Source: the human T2T-CHM13v2.0 reference genome, Homo sapiens
Reading direction: 5' to 3' (one strand)
Length of the DNA: 64,000 nt
NCBI RefSeq assembly: GCF_009914755.1
Contig: NC_060936.1
Below are positions 1-14,900 of the stretch, one piece after another. The position numbers were made by a program, and so were the translations under genes. How positions within the stretch are numbered: the stretch's first letter is position 1; each line of letters starts with the position of its first letter. The notes below the pieces were generated by a model. The model saw nothing but the letters and a program-made list of their open reading frames with translations. It searched no databases and was not told where the DNA came from.

Positions 1-3000
1 CAAAGTGGTTTCTTATATAGCTTCCTTCTACTTTTTATCATGGGATATTTGTTTTTCCACATTTTGCCTTAATGAGCTCCCAAATGACCATTGGCAGAAT
101 GGACAAAAACAGGGTTCCCAACCTCTGAATCCAAAGAAGTTTTTAACTCTGTTAGATGAATGCACAATCACAAAGCAGTTTCTCAGAAAGCTTCCTTCAC
201 GTTTTTATCTGGAGATGTTTCCTTTTATGCCAAGGGCCTCAATGCACTCCCAAATATCCCTTCGCAGATTCTACAAAAGCAGTGTTTCCAAACTGCTGAA
301 TGAAAAGAAATGTTTAAATCTATGAGATGAATGCACACATCACAAAGCAGTTTGTAATGTAGCTTACTTCTTGTTTATATCCCAGTGTATACCATTTTTC
401 ACCTTTGGCCTCAGTGAGCTCCAAAGGGTACTTTCACATAATTGACTAAAACAGTGTTTCTGAACTGCTGAATCAAAAGAAAGGTTTAAAACTGTGAGAT
501 GAGTGCACAATTTCAAGGCAATTTCTCTGAAAGCTTCTTTCCAGTTTTTATCTGAAGATATTTCCGTTTTGACCATAGGCCTCAATCTTCTCCAAAATGT
601 CCATTCATAGAATAGACAAAACCAGTGTTTCCAAACTGCTGAAACCAAAGAAAGGTTAAACCCTGTGAGATGAAGTCACACATCAGAGAGCAGTTTCTCA
701 GGTAGATTCCTTCTCGTTTTTATCCTGGTGTATTCCATTTTTGACATTGCCCTCAATGAGGCCTCCAATGTCCATTCGTAGAATGCACAAAAACAGGGTT
801 TCCAAACTGCACAATTGAAAGAAATGTTTAACTGTGAGATGTAAGCACACATCACAAAGCAGTTTCTCAGAAAGCTTCTTTCTAGTTTTTATGTGAGGAT
901 AATTCTTTTTCACGATAGGCCTCAATGTGCTCCCAAATATCCCTTCTCAGATTCTACAAAAACAGTATTTGCAATCTGTTGAATGAAAAGAAAGGTTTAA
1001 ATGTGCGAGATGAATGCAGAAATCACTAAGTGGTATCTCAGATAGATTCCTTCTAGTTTTCAACCTGGAATATAAGCTTTTTCACCACTGGCCTCAATGA
1101 GCTCCAAAATGTCCATTCACAGAATGGGCAAAAACAATGTTTCCAAACTGTAGAATTCAAAGAAAACTTTAACTGTGAGACAAATGCACACATCACAAAG
1201 CAGTTTCTCAGAAAGCTTCTTTCTAGTTTTTATCTGAAAATGTTTCCTTTTTCATAATAGGCCTCAATGCACACCCAAATATACCTTCGCAGATTCTATA
1301 AAAACAATATTTCCAAACTGTGGAAAGAAAACAAATGTTTAACTCTGTGAGATGAATGCACACATCACAATGTCGTTTCTCAGATAGCTTTCTTCTAGGT
1401 TTTATCCTGGGATATTTGTTTTATTGCCTTTGGCCTCAATGAGCTCTGAAATGTCTATTTGCATCATGCACAAAAGCAGTGTTTCCAAGCTGCTGAATCC
1501 AAAGAAAGATTTAACTCTGTGATATGAATGCACACCTCCAAAGCAGTTTCTCAGAAAGCTTCTTTCTTCTTTTTATCTGAAGATATTCCTGTTTCACCAT
1601 AGGTCTCAATGCGCTCTGAAATATCCCTTCACAGATTCTACAAAAACAGTGTTTCTAAACTGCTGAATGAAAAGACAGATTGAACTCTGAGAGATGAATG
1701 CACATATCACAAAGCAGTTTCTCAAATAGGTACCTTCTAGTTTTTATCTTGGGATATTCACTCTTTTGCCATTGGCTTCTGAGCTCCCAAATGTACATTC
1801 ACACAATGGACAAATCAGTGTTTCCAAACTGTGGTATTGAAAGAAATATTTAACTCTGAGATGAATGCACACAACACAAAGTAGTTTCTCAGAAAGGTTC
1901 TTTCTAATTTTTATCTGAAGATGTTTTCTTTTTCACCATAGGCTTCAATGTGCTCCCAAATAATCCTTCACACATTCAACAAAAACAGTGTTTCCAAACT
2001 ACTGAATGAAAAGAAAGTTTTAATTCTGCAAGATGAATGCACACATCACAAAGCAGTTTCTCAGAATGCTTCCTTCTAGTTTTTATCCTGGAATATTCGC
2101 TTTTTCTGTATTGACCTCAGTGAGCTCCAAAATTTCCTTTTGCAGAATGGACAAAAACAGTGTTTTGAAGCTGCAGAATTCAAAGAAAGGTTTAAATGTG
2201 AGATGAATGTACACATCACAAAGCAGTTTCTCAGAAAGCTGCTTTCTAGTTTTTATCTGAAAATATTCCTTTTTCGCCATAGGCCTCAATGCGCTCCCAA
2301 ATATCCCTTCACAGATTCTACAAAAACATTGTTTCCAAACTGCTGAATGGAAAGAGAGTTTTAACTCTGTGAAATGAATGCACATATCACAAAGTGGTTT
2401 CTCACATAGGTCCCTTCTAAGTTTTCTCATGTGATATTCCGTTTTTCAGCATTGGCCTCAATGAGATACAAAATGTCCATTCTACGAATGGACAAAAGCA
2501 GTGTTTCCAAACTGCTGATTGAAAAGTAATGTTTATCTGTGTGAGATGAATGCGCACATTGCAAAGCCATTTCTCAGATAGCTTCCTTCTAGTTTTTATC
2601 CTGGGATACTCGCTTTTTCACCACTGGCTTCAATGAGCTCCCAAATGTCCATTCGCAGAATGGACAAAAATTGTTTCCAAACTGCTGAATCCAAAGAAAG
2701 GTTTAATCCTGTCAGATGAATGCACACATAAAAGGAGTTTCTCAGAAAGCCTCTTTCTGGTTTTTGTATGAAGATATTTCCTTTTTCACTATAGGCCTCA
2801 ATGAGCTAGCAAATATCCCCTCGCAGATTCTACAAAAACAGTGTTTCAAATATTCTGAATGAAAAGAGAGGTTTAACTCTGTGACATGAATGTACACTTC
2901 ACAAAGCAGTTTCTCAGAGAGCTTCCTTCTAGTTTTCTTCCTGTGATATTCACTTTTTTGCCATTGGCCCAGAGTTCCCACATGTCCATTTGTAGAATGG

Positions 3001-5813
3001 AAAAAAAGTGTGTTCCAAAACTGCTGAATCCAAGGAAAGTTTTAAATCTGTGAGATGAATGCAAACATCACAAAGCAGTTTCTCAGAAAGCTTCATTCTA
3101 GTTTTTGTCCGAAGATGTTTCATTTTTCACCTTAGGACTCAATGTGATTTCAATTATCCCTTGGCAGATTCTACAAAACCTGTGTTTCCAAACTGCTGAA
3201 TGAAAGGAAAGGATTATCTCTGCGAGATGAATGCACACATCACAAGTCATTTTTTCAGATAGCTTCCTTCTAGTTTTTATGCTGGGATATTCGATTTTTC
3301 ACCAATAGACTCAATGACCTCCCAAATGTCCATTTGAAACAGTGTTTCCAAAATGCTGAATCAAATGAAACGTTTAACTCTTTGAGATTAATGCACACTT
3401 CACAAAGCAGTTTGTCAGAAGTTCTTTGTAGATTTTATCTGAAGATGTTTCCTTTTCCTGCATAGGTCTCAATGCACTCCCAAATATCCCTTTGCAGTTG
3501 CTACAGAAACAGTGTTTCCAATCTGCTGAATGAAAAGAAATATTCAATTATGTGAGATGAATGCACACCTCACAAAGCAGTTTTTAAGATAGCTTCCTTC
3601 TAGTTTTTATCCTGGGATTTTCGCTTTTTTGGCTTTGGCCTCAAAGAGCTCCCAAATGTTCATACCCAGATGGACAAAAATATGTTTACAAACTGCTGAA
3701 TCCAGAGAAAGTTTTAACTCTGTGAGCTGAACACACATATCATTAAGCAGTTTCCCAGAAAGCTTCTTTCTAATTTTCATCAGAAGATCTTTCCTTTTTC
3801 ACCATATTTCTCACTGCACACCCAATTATCCCTTCACATATTCTACAAAAACAGAGTTTCCAAACTGCTGTATGAAAAGAAAGGATTACCTCTGCGAGGT
3901 GAATGCACACTGACAAAGTGGTTTCTCCAATAGCTTCCTTCTTGTTTTAATCATACGATATTTCCTTATTTGCCATTGGCCTCAGTTAAATCCCAAATGT
4001 CTATTCACAGAATGGACAAAGAGACTGTTTCTAAACAGTCTCTTTTAGAGACTGAAATGAAAGAAATGTTTAAATTTGTGAGATGAATGCACACATTCCA
4101 AAGCTTCTCAGTTTTTGTCTAAACTTCTCCAAAGTTTCTCAGAAAGCTTCTTTTCAGTTTTTGTCTAAAGAAGTTTCCTTTTTCACCATAGGCCTCAATG
4201 CGCTCCCAAGTATCCCTTTGTAGATTCTGCAAAAACAGTTTTAACAAACTGCTGAATGAAAAGAAAGTTTTACCTCTGTGAGTTGAATGCACACATCACA
4301 AAGTGGTTTCTCAGATAGCTTCCTTCTGTTTTTTTTTCTGGGACTTATGATTTTTGCCATAAGCCCAAATGATCTCCAAATGTCCACTCACAGAATGGAG
4401 CAAAGGGCTGTTTCCAAACCGTTGAATTTGAAGAAAGTTTTAACTCTGTGAGATGAATGCACACATCACAAAGCAGTTTCTCAGAAAGCTTCTTTCTAGT
4501 TTTCATCTGAAGGTGTTTCCATTTTCACCAGAGGCCTCAATGCTATCCCAAATATACCTTTGAAGATCCCATAAAAACAGTGTTTCCAATCTGCTTAATG
4601 AAAAGAGAAATGTAAACCTGCGAGATGAATGTACACATCACAAAGCGGGTTCTCAGAGAGCTTCCTTCTAGTTTTTATCCTGTGATGTTCACTTTTTCAC
4701 CATTGGCGTTAATGAGCTCCCAAATGTCCATTCACCGAATGGACAAAAATAGTGTTTCCACACTCCTGAATCCAAAGAAAAGTTTAACTGTGTGACTTGA
4801 ATGTGCACATCACAAAGTAGTTTCACAGAAAGCTTCTTTTTAGTTTTTATCTGAATATGTTTCCTTTTTCACCACAAGCCTAAATGACCTCCCAAATGTG
4901 CCTTCACAGGTTTTACAAAAACAGTGTTTCCAAACTGCTGAATGATAAGAAATGTTTACCTGTGAGATGAATGCACACATTGCAAATCCATTTCCCAGAG
5001 AGCTTCATTCTAGTTTTAATCCTGGGATATGCACTTTTTCTCCATTGCCTTCAATGAGCTCCAAAATATCCATTCACAGAATGGACAAAAAGAGTGTTTC
5101 CAAACTTCTGAATCCAAATAAATGTTTAACACCATGAGTGGAATGCACACATTACAAAGCAGTTTCCCAGAAAGTGTCTTTCTAGTTTTTATCTGAAGAT
5201 GTTTCATTTTTGAACATAGGCCTCAATGCACTCCCAAATATCCCTTTGCAGATTCTACAAAACAGTGTTTCCCAACTGCTGAATGAAAAGAAAATTTTAA
5301 CGCTGTGAGATGAAGACACACTTCACAAAGTTGTTCCTCAGATAGCCTTCCTCTAGTGTTTATCCTGAATTATTCACTTTTTCACCATTTGAATCAAAGA
5401 GCTCCCAAAAGTCCATTTGCAGAATGGACAAAAACAGTGTTTCCAAATTGCTGAAAGAGAAGCATATTTTAACTCTGCAAGATGAATGCACATATCACCA
5501 AGCATTTAATCAGATAGCTTCGTTTTACTTCTTATCCTGGGATATTTGCTTTTTCACCATTGGCCTCAATGAGCTACAAAATGTCCATTTGCAGAATGGA
5601 CAAAAACAGGGTTTCCAAACTGCTGAATCCAAAGGAAATTTAAACTCCATGAGATGAATGCACACATCACAAAGCCATTTGTCAGGAGACTCTTTCTAGT
5701 TTTTATTGAAATCGTTTCCTTTTTCAACAGAGTCCTCAATGTGCTCCCACCTATCCCTTTGCAGATTCTGTGAAAACAGAGATTCCAAACTGCTGAATGA
5801 AAAAAAAATTAGA
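1..5813 (-). repeat. Diverged alpha satellite, ancient two-monomer (dimeric) type
   Basis: ~171-bp period of 'gagatgaatgcacacatcacaaagcagtttctcag', the reverse complement of the alphoid consensus. Type A ('agaaagcttctttctag..tatctgaagat..cataggcc..aatatccctt..agattctac') mostly alternates with type B ('agatagcttccttctag..tatcctgggatattc..cattggcc..gagctcccaaatgtccatt..agaatggac'). Confidence 0.97.
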
Positions 5814-6841
5814 AGAGGCAGCCAAGATGGCCGAATAGGAACAGCTCTGGTCTACAACTCCCAGTGTGAGCGACACGGAAGATGGGTGATTTTTGCATTT
5901 CCATCTGAGGTACCAGGTTCATCTCACTAGGAATTGCCAGACAGGGGGTTCAGGACAGTGGGTGCAGCACACTGTGCATGAGCTGAAGCAGGGTGAGGTA
6001 TTGCCTCACTCAGGAAGCATGAGGGGTCAGGAAGTTACCTTTCCTAGTCAAAGAAAGGGGTGACAGATGGCACCTGGAAAATCGGGTCACTCCCATCCTA
6101 ATCCTGTGCTTTTCAAAAAGGCTTAAAAAACGGTGCACCAGGAGATTATATCCTGCACATGGCTTGGAGGGTCCTACGCCCACGGAGTCTCACTGATTGC
6201 TAGCACAGCCGTCTGAGCTCAAACTGCAAGGTGGCAGGGAGGCGGGGAGAGGGGAACCTGCAATTGCCCAGGATTGCTTAGGTAAACAAAGCAGCCAGGA
6301 AGCTCGAACTGGGTAGAGCACACCACAGTTCAAGGAGGCCTGCCCGCCTCTGTAGGCTCCACCTCTGGGGGTAGGGCACAAAAAAAAGACAGCAGTAACC
6401 TCTGCAGACTTAAATGTCCCTGTCTGACAGCTTTGAAGAGAGCAGTGGTTCTCCCAGCATGCAGCTGGAGATCTGAGAATGGGCAGAATGCCCCCGCAAG
6501 TGGGACCTTGACCCCCGACCACAGAGCAGCCTAACTGGGAAGCACCCCTCAGTAGGGGCAGACTGACACCTCACACAGCTGGGTACTCCTCTGAGACAAA
6601 ACTTCCAGAGGAACGATCAGACAGCAGCATTCAAGGTCCATGAAAATCCACTGTTCTGCAGCCACCGCTTCTAATACCCAGGCAAACAGAGTCTAGAGTG
6701 GACCTCTAGCAAACTCCAACAGACCTGCAGCTGAGGGTCCTGTCTGTTAGAAGGAAAACTAACAAACAGAAAGGACATCCACACAAAAACCCATCTGTAC
6801 ATAACCATCATCAAAGACCAAAAGTAGATAAAACCACAAAG
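5814..6841 (+). promoter_or_regulatory. L1 5'UTR with internal sense and antisense promoter
   Basis: Intact YY1 core AAGATGGCC at 5824-5832. The UTR is 1028 bp up to the ORF1 ATG. Many CpGs have decayed to TG/CA. Confidence 0.85.
6048..6264 (-). pseudogene. L1 ORF0 remnant (antisense)
   Basis: Minus-strand translation 'IAGSPLPASLPPCSLSSDGCASNQ*' matches the ORF0 N-terminus (MAGAPPPASLPPCSL..CASNQR). The start codon is ATT at 6264-6262 and there is a premature TGA at 6192-6190. Confidence 0.75.
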
Positions 6842-7858
6842 ATGGGGAAAAAACAGAGCAGAAAAACTGGAAACTCTAAAAAGCAGAGCGCCTCTCCTCC
6901 TCCAAAAGAACACAGTTCCTCACCAGCAATGCAACAAAGCTGGACAGAGAATGACTTTGACAAGTTGAGAGAAGAAGGCTTCAGATGATCAAACTACCCT
7001 GAGCTACAGGAGGAAATTCAAACCAAAGGCAAAGAAGTTAAAAACTTTGAAAAAAATTTAGACGAATGTATAACTAGAATAACCAATACAGAGAAGTGCT
7101 TAAAGGAGCTGAAGGAGCTGAAAGCCAAGGCTCAAGAACTATGTGAAGAATTCAGAAGCCTCAGGAGCTGATGTGATCAACTGGAAGAAAGGGTATCAGT
7201 GATGGAAGATGAAATGAATGAAATGAAATGGGAAGGGATGTTTAGAGAAGAAAGAATAAAAAGAAACAAACAAAGCCTCCAAGAAATAGGGGACTATGTG
7301 AAAAGACCAAACCTATGTCTGATTGGTGTACCTGAAAGTGATGCAGAGAATGGAACCAAGTTGGAAAACACTCTGCAGGATATTATCCAGGAGAACTTCT
7401 CCAATCTAGCAAGGCAGGCCAACATTCAGATTCAGGAAATACAGAGAACGCCACAAAGATACTTCTCGAGAAGAGCAAGTCAAAGACACATAATTGTCAG
7501 ATTCACCAAAGTTGAAATGCAGGAAAAAATCTTAAGGGCAGCTAGAGAGAAAGGTCGGGTTACCCACAAAGGGAAGCCCATCAGACTAACAGCGGATCTC
7601 TCGGCAGAAACTCTACAAGCCAGAAGAGAGTGGGGGCCAATATTCGACATTCTTAAAGAAAAGAATTTTCAACCCAGAATTTCATATGCAGCCAAACAAA
7701 GCTCCATAAGTGAAGGAGAAATAAAATACTTTACAGACAAGTAAATGCTGAGAGATTTTGTCACCAACAGGTCTGCCCTAAAAGAGCTCCTGAAGGAAGC
7801 ACTAAACATGGAAAGGAACAACCAGTACCAGCCACTGCAAAATCATGCCAAATTGTAA
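6842..7858 (+). pseudogene. L1 ORF1p (RNA-binding chaperone), disrupted
   Basis: ATG GGG AAA AAA CAG at 6842 to TAA at 7856-7858 is 1017 bp, the canonical length. In-frame stops at 6986 (TGA), 7169 (TGA) and 7742 (TAA). Translation contains KRPNL.LIGVPE and ARREW. Confidence 0.95.
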
Positions 7859-7921
7859 AGACTGTCGAGGCTAGGAAGAAACTGCAACAACTAATGAGCA
7901 AAATAACCAGCTAACATCATA

Positions 7922-11748
<3,827 letters not shown>

Positions 11749-11964
11749 ACAATGAGAACACATGGACCCTGGAAGGGACACATCACACTCTGGGAATTGT
11801 TGTGGGGTGGGGCGAGGGTGGAGGGATAGCATTAGGAGATATACCTAATGCTAAATGACGAGTTAATGTGTGCAGCACACCAGCATGGCACATGTATACA
11901 TATGTAACTAATCTGCACATTGTGCACATGTATCCTAAAACTTAAAGTATAATAATAATAAAAT

Positions 11965-14900
11965 AAAATAAAATTAGATCTCCCAGATTAACACACACAT
12001 CAATGGCAGTTTCTCAAATGGCTTCCTTCTAGTTTTTGTCCTGGGATGTTCTGTTTTTCACCATTGGCCTTAATTTGCTCCCAAATGTCCATTCACACAA
12101 TGGACAAAAACCGTGTTTCCAAACTTCTGAATTCAGAGAAAAGTTTAACTCTGTGAGATGAATGCACACATCACAAAGCAGTTTCTTAGAAAACGTCTTT
12201 CTACTTCTTATCTGAAGATCATTCGTGTTTCACCATAGACCTCAATGCACTCCCAAATATCCCTTTGCAGTTTCTACAAAAACAGTGTCTCCAAACTGAT
12301 GAATGAAAAGAAAGTTTTAACTCTGTGAGATGAATGCACACATCACAAAGCTGCTTCTCATAGAGGTGCCTTCTTTTTTTTATCCTGGATATTACCTTTT
12401 TCACCTTTGGCCTCAATGAGCTCCCAAATGTCCATTTGCAGAATTGATAAAAACAGTGTTTCCAAACAGATGAATGAAAACAAAAGTTTAGATGTGCAAG
12501 ATGAATGCACACATCAATGGCAGTTTCTCAGATAGCTTCCTTCTGGTTTTTATCCTGGGATTTTTTTTTTTTTTTTGCCATTCGCCTCAGTGAGTTCCTA
12601 AATGTTTATTCATAGAATGTACAAAAACAGTGCTTCCAGACTGCTGAACCCAAAGGAAAGTTTACCTCTGTGAAGTGAATGCATACTTCCCAAAGCAGTT
12701 TCACAGAAAGCTTCTTTTTGTTAGTGTCTGAAGATGTTTCCTTTTTCACCATAGGCCTCAGTACACTCCCTAATTTCCCTTTGCAGATTATACAGAAACA
12801 CTGTTTCCAAACTGCTAAATTAAAATAAGGTTTAACTCTGTGAGGTGAATGCACACACCACAAACAGTATCTCGGATATCTTCCTTCTAGTTTTTATTCT
12901 GGGAAGTTCCATTTTTTGACATTGGCCTCAATGAGCTCACAATAGACCATTTGCAAAATGGACAAAAACAGTGTTTCAGAACTGCTGAATCCAAAGACAA
13001 GTTTTAGTCTGTGAGACTAATGCGCACATCACAAAACAGTTTCTTAGAGAGCTTCTTTCTTTTTTTATCTGAAGATGTTTCCTTTTTCAACAAAGGTCTC
13101 AATATGCTCCCAAATATTCCTTCCTAGTTTCTGCAAAACAGTGTTTCCAAACTGCTGATTGAAAAGAAAGGTTTATTTCTTCAAGATGAATGCAGGCATC
13201 ACAAAGCAGCTTCTCAGAGAGCTTCTTTCTAGTTTTTAACCTGGGATATTTGCTTTTTTTGCATTGGCCTCAATGAGCTCTGAATTGTCCATTTGCAGAA
13301 TGGACAAAAGCGTGTTTCCAAACTGCTGAATCAAAAGAAATGTTTAACACGGGATGGACAAAAGAGTGTTTCCAAACTGCTGAATACAAAATGTTTAACC
13401 CTGTGAGATGAATGGACACATCACAAAGTGGTTTCTCACAAAACTTCCTTTTAGTTTTATGCTTGGGTGATCACTTTTACAGCATGGGCCTCAATGAGCT
13501 CCCAAATGTTTATTTGCAGAATATACAAAACAGTGTTCCCAAACTGCTGAATCCAAAGAAAGGTTTGCATCTGTGAGATGAATGCACACATCACAAAGCA
13601 GTTTCTCAGAAAGCTTGTTTCTAGAGTTTATCTGAAGATGTTTACTTTTTCACCATAGGCCTCAAGGCACTCTGCAATATCCCTTCACAGTTTCTACAAA
13701 GACATTGTTTTGAAATTGCTGAATGAAAAGAAATTTTTACGTCTGTGAGATGAATGCACATATCACAAAGCAATTTCTCAGAAAGCTTCTTTTTGGTTTT
13801 TCTCTTAAGATATTTCCTCTTTCACACTAGGCCTCAAGATGCTCCCAATCGTCCCTTCACAGGTTCTACAAAAACCATTTTTCCAAACTGTGGAATGAAA
13901 TGCAACGTTTCAAACTGAGAGATGAATGCACACATCACAGCACAGTTTCCCAGATAGCTTTCTTTTAGTTTTTATCCTGGGATGTTCACTTTTTCACCTT
14001 TGAAATCAATGAGCTCCCAAATGTCCATTCTCAAAATGGACAATAACAGTGTTTTCAAACTGCTGAACCAAAACAAAGGTTTAACTCTGTGAGATGAAAG
14101 CACACATCACAAAGCAGTTTCTCAGAAAGTTTCTTTCTAGTTTTTATCTTAAGGTATTTTATTTTTAACTTTAGGCCTCAATGCGATTCCAAATATCCCT
14201 TCACAGATTCTACAAAAACAGCGTTTCCAAACTGCTGAATCAAAAGAAAGGTTTAAGTCTGTGAGATGTATGCACACGTCACAAAGCAGTTTCTTAGAAA
14301 GATTCTCTCTAGATTTTATCTGAGGATATTTTCTTTTTCACTATCGGAATTCGTGTGCTCACAAATATCCCTTTGCAGATTCTACAAAAAAGTGTTTCCA
14401 AACCTCTGAATCAAAGGAGAGGTTTAATTCTGTAAGATTAATTCACACATCAGAAAGCAGTTCCTTAGAAAGCTTCTTTCTAGTTACTATCTGAAGATAT
14501 TTTGTTTTTCACCATTGACATCAATGCATTCCCAAATATCCTTCTGCAGATTCCACAAAAACAGTATTTCAAAAATGCTGAATGCAACGAAATGTTTCAC
14601 ACTGCGAGATGAAGGCACACATCACAAAGCAGTTACTCAGAAAGCTTTTTTCTCACTTTTTTTCCTGAAGATATTGCCTTTTTCAGCATTGGCCTCAATG
14701 TGCTCCCAAATATCCTTTCACGGATTCTAGAAAAACAGTGTTTACAATCTGCAGAATGAAAACAATGGTTTAACTCTTTGAGATAAATGTACACATTACA
14801 AAGCAGTTTCTCAGATAGCTTCCTTTGAGTGTTTATCCTGGGATATCCACTTTTTTGCCATTGGCCTCAATGAGCTCCCAAATGTCCGTTTGCAGATTGG

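Noticed and set aside
558-580. CENP-B-box-like 'ttccgttttgaccatagg' (similar at ~19128)
   Set aside because: It lacks the required CCCG and CGAA core. It is a point variant of the non-binding box.
6190-6913. Antisense ORFs of 110 aa and 80 aa in the L1 5'UTR
   Set aside because: Generic antisense frames of L1. Only the ORF0 remnant is recognisable, and it is broken.
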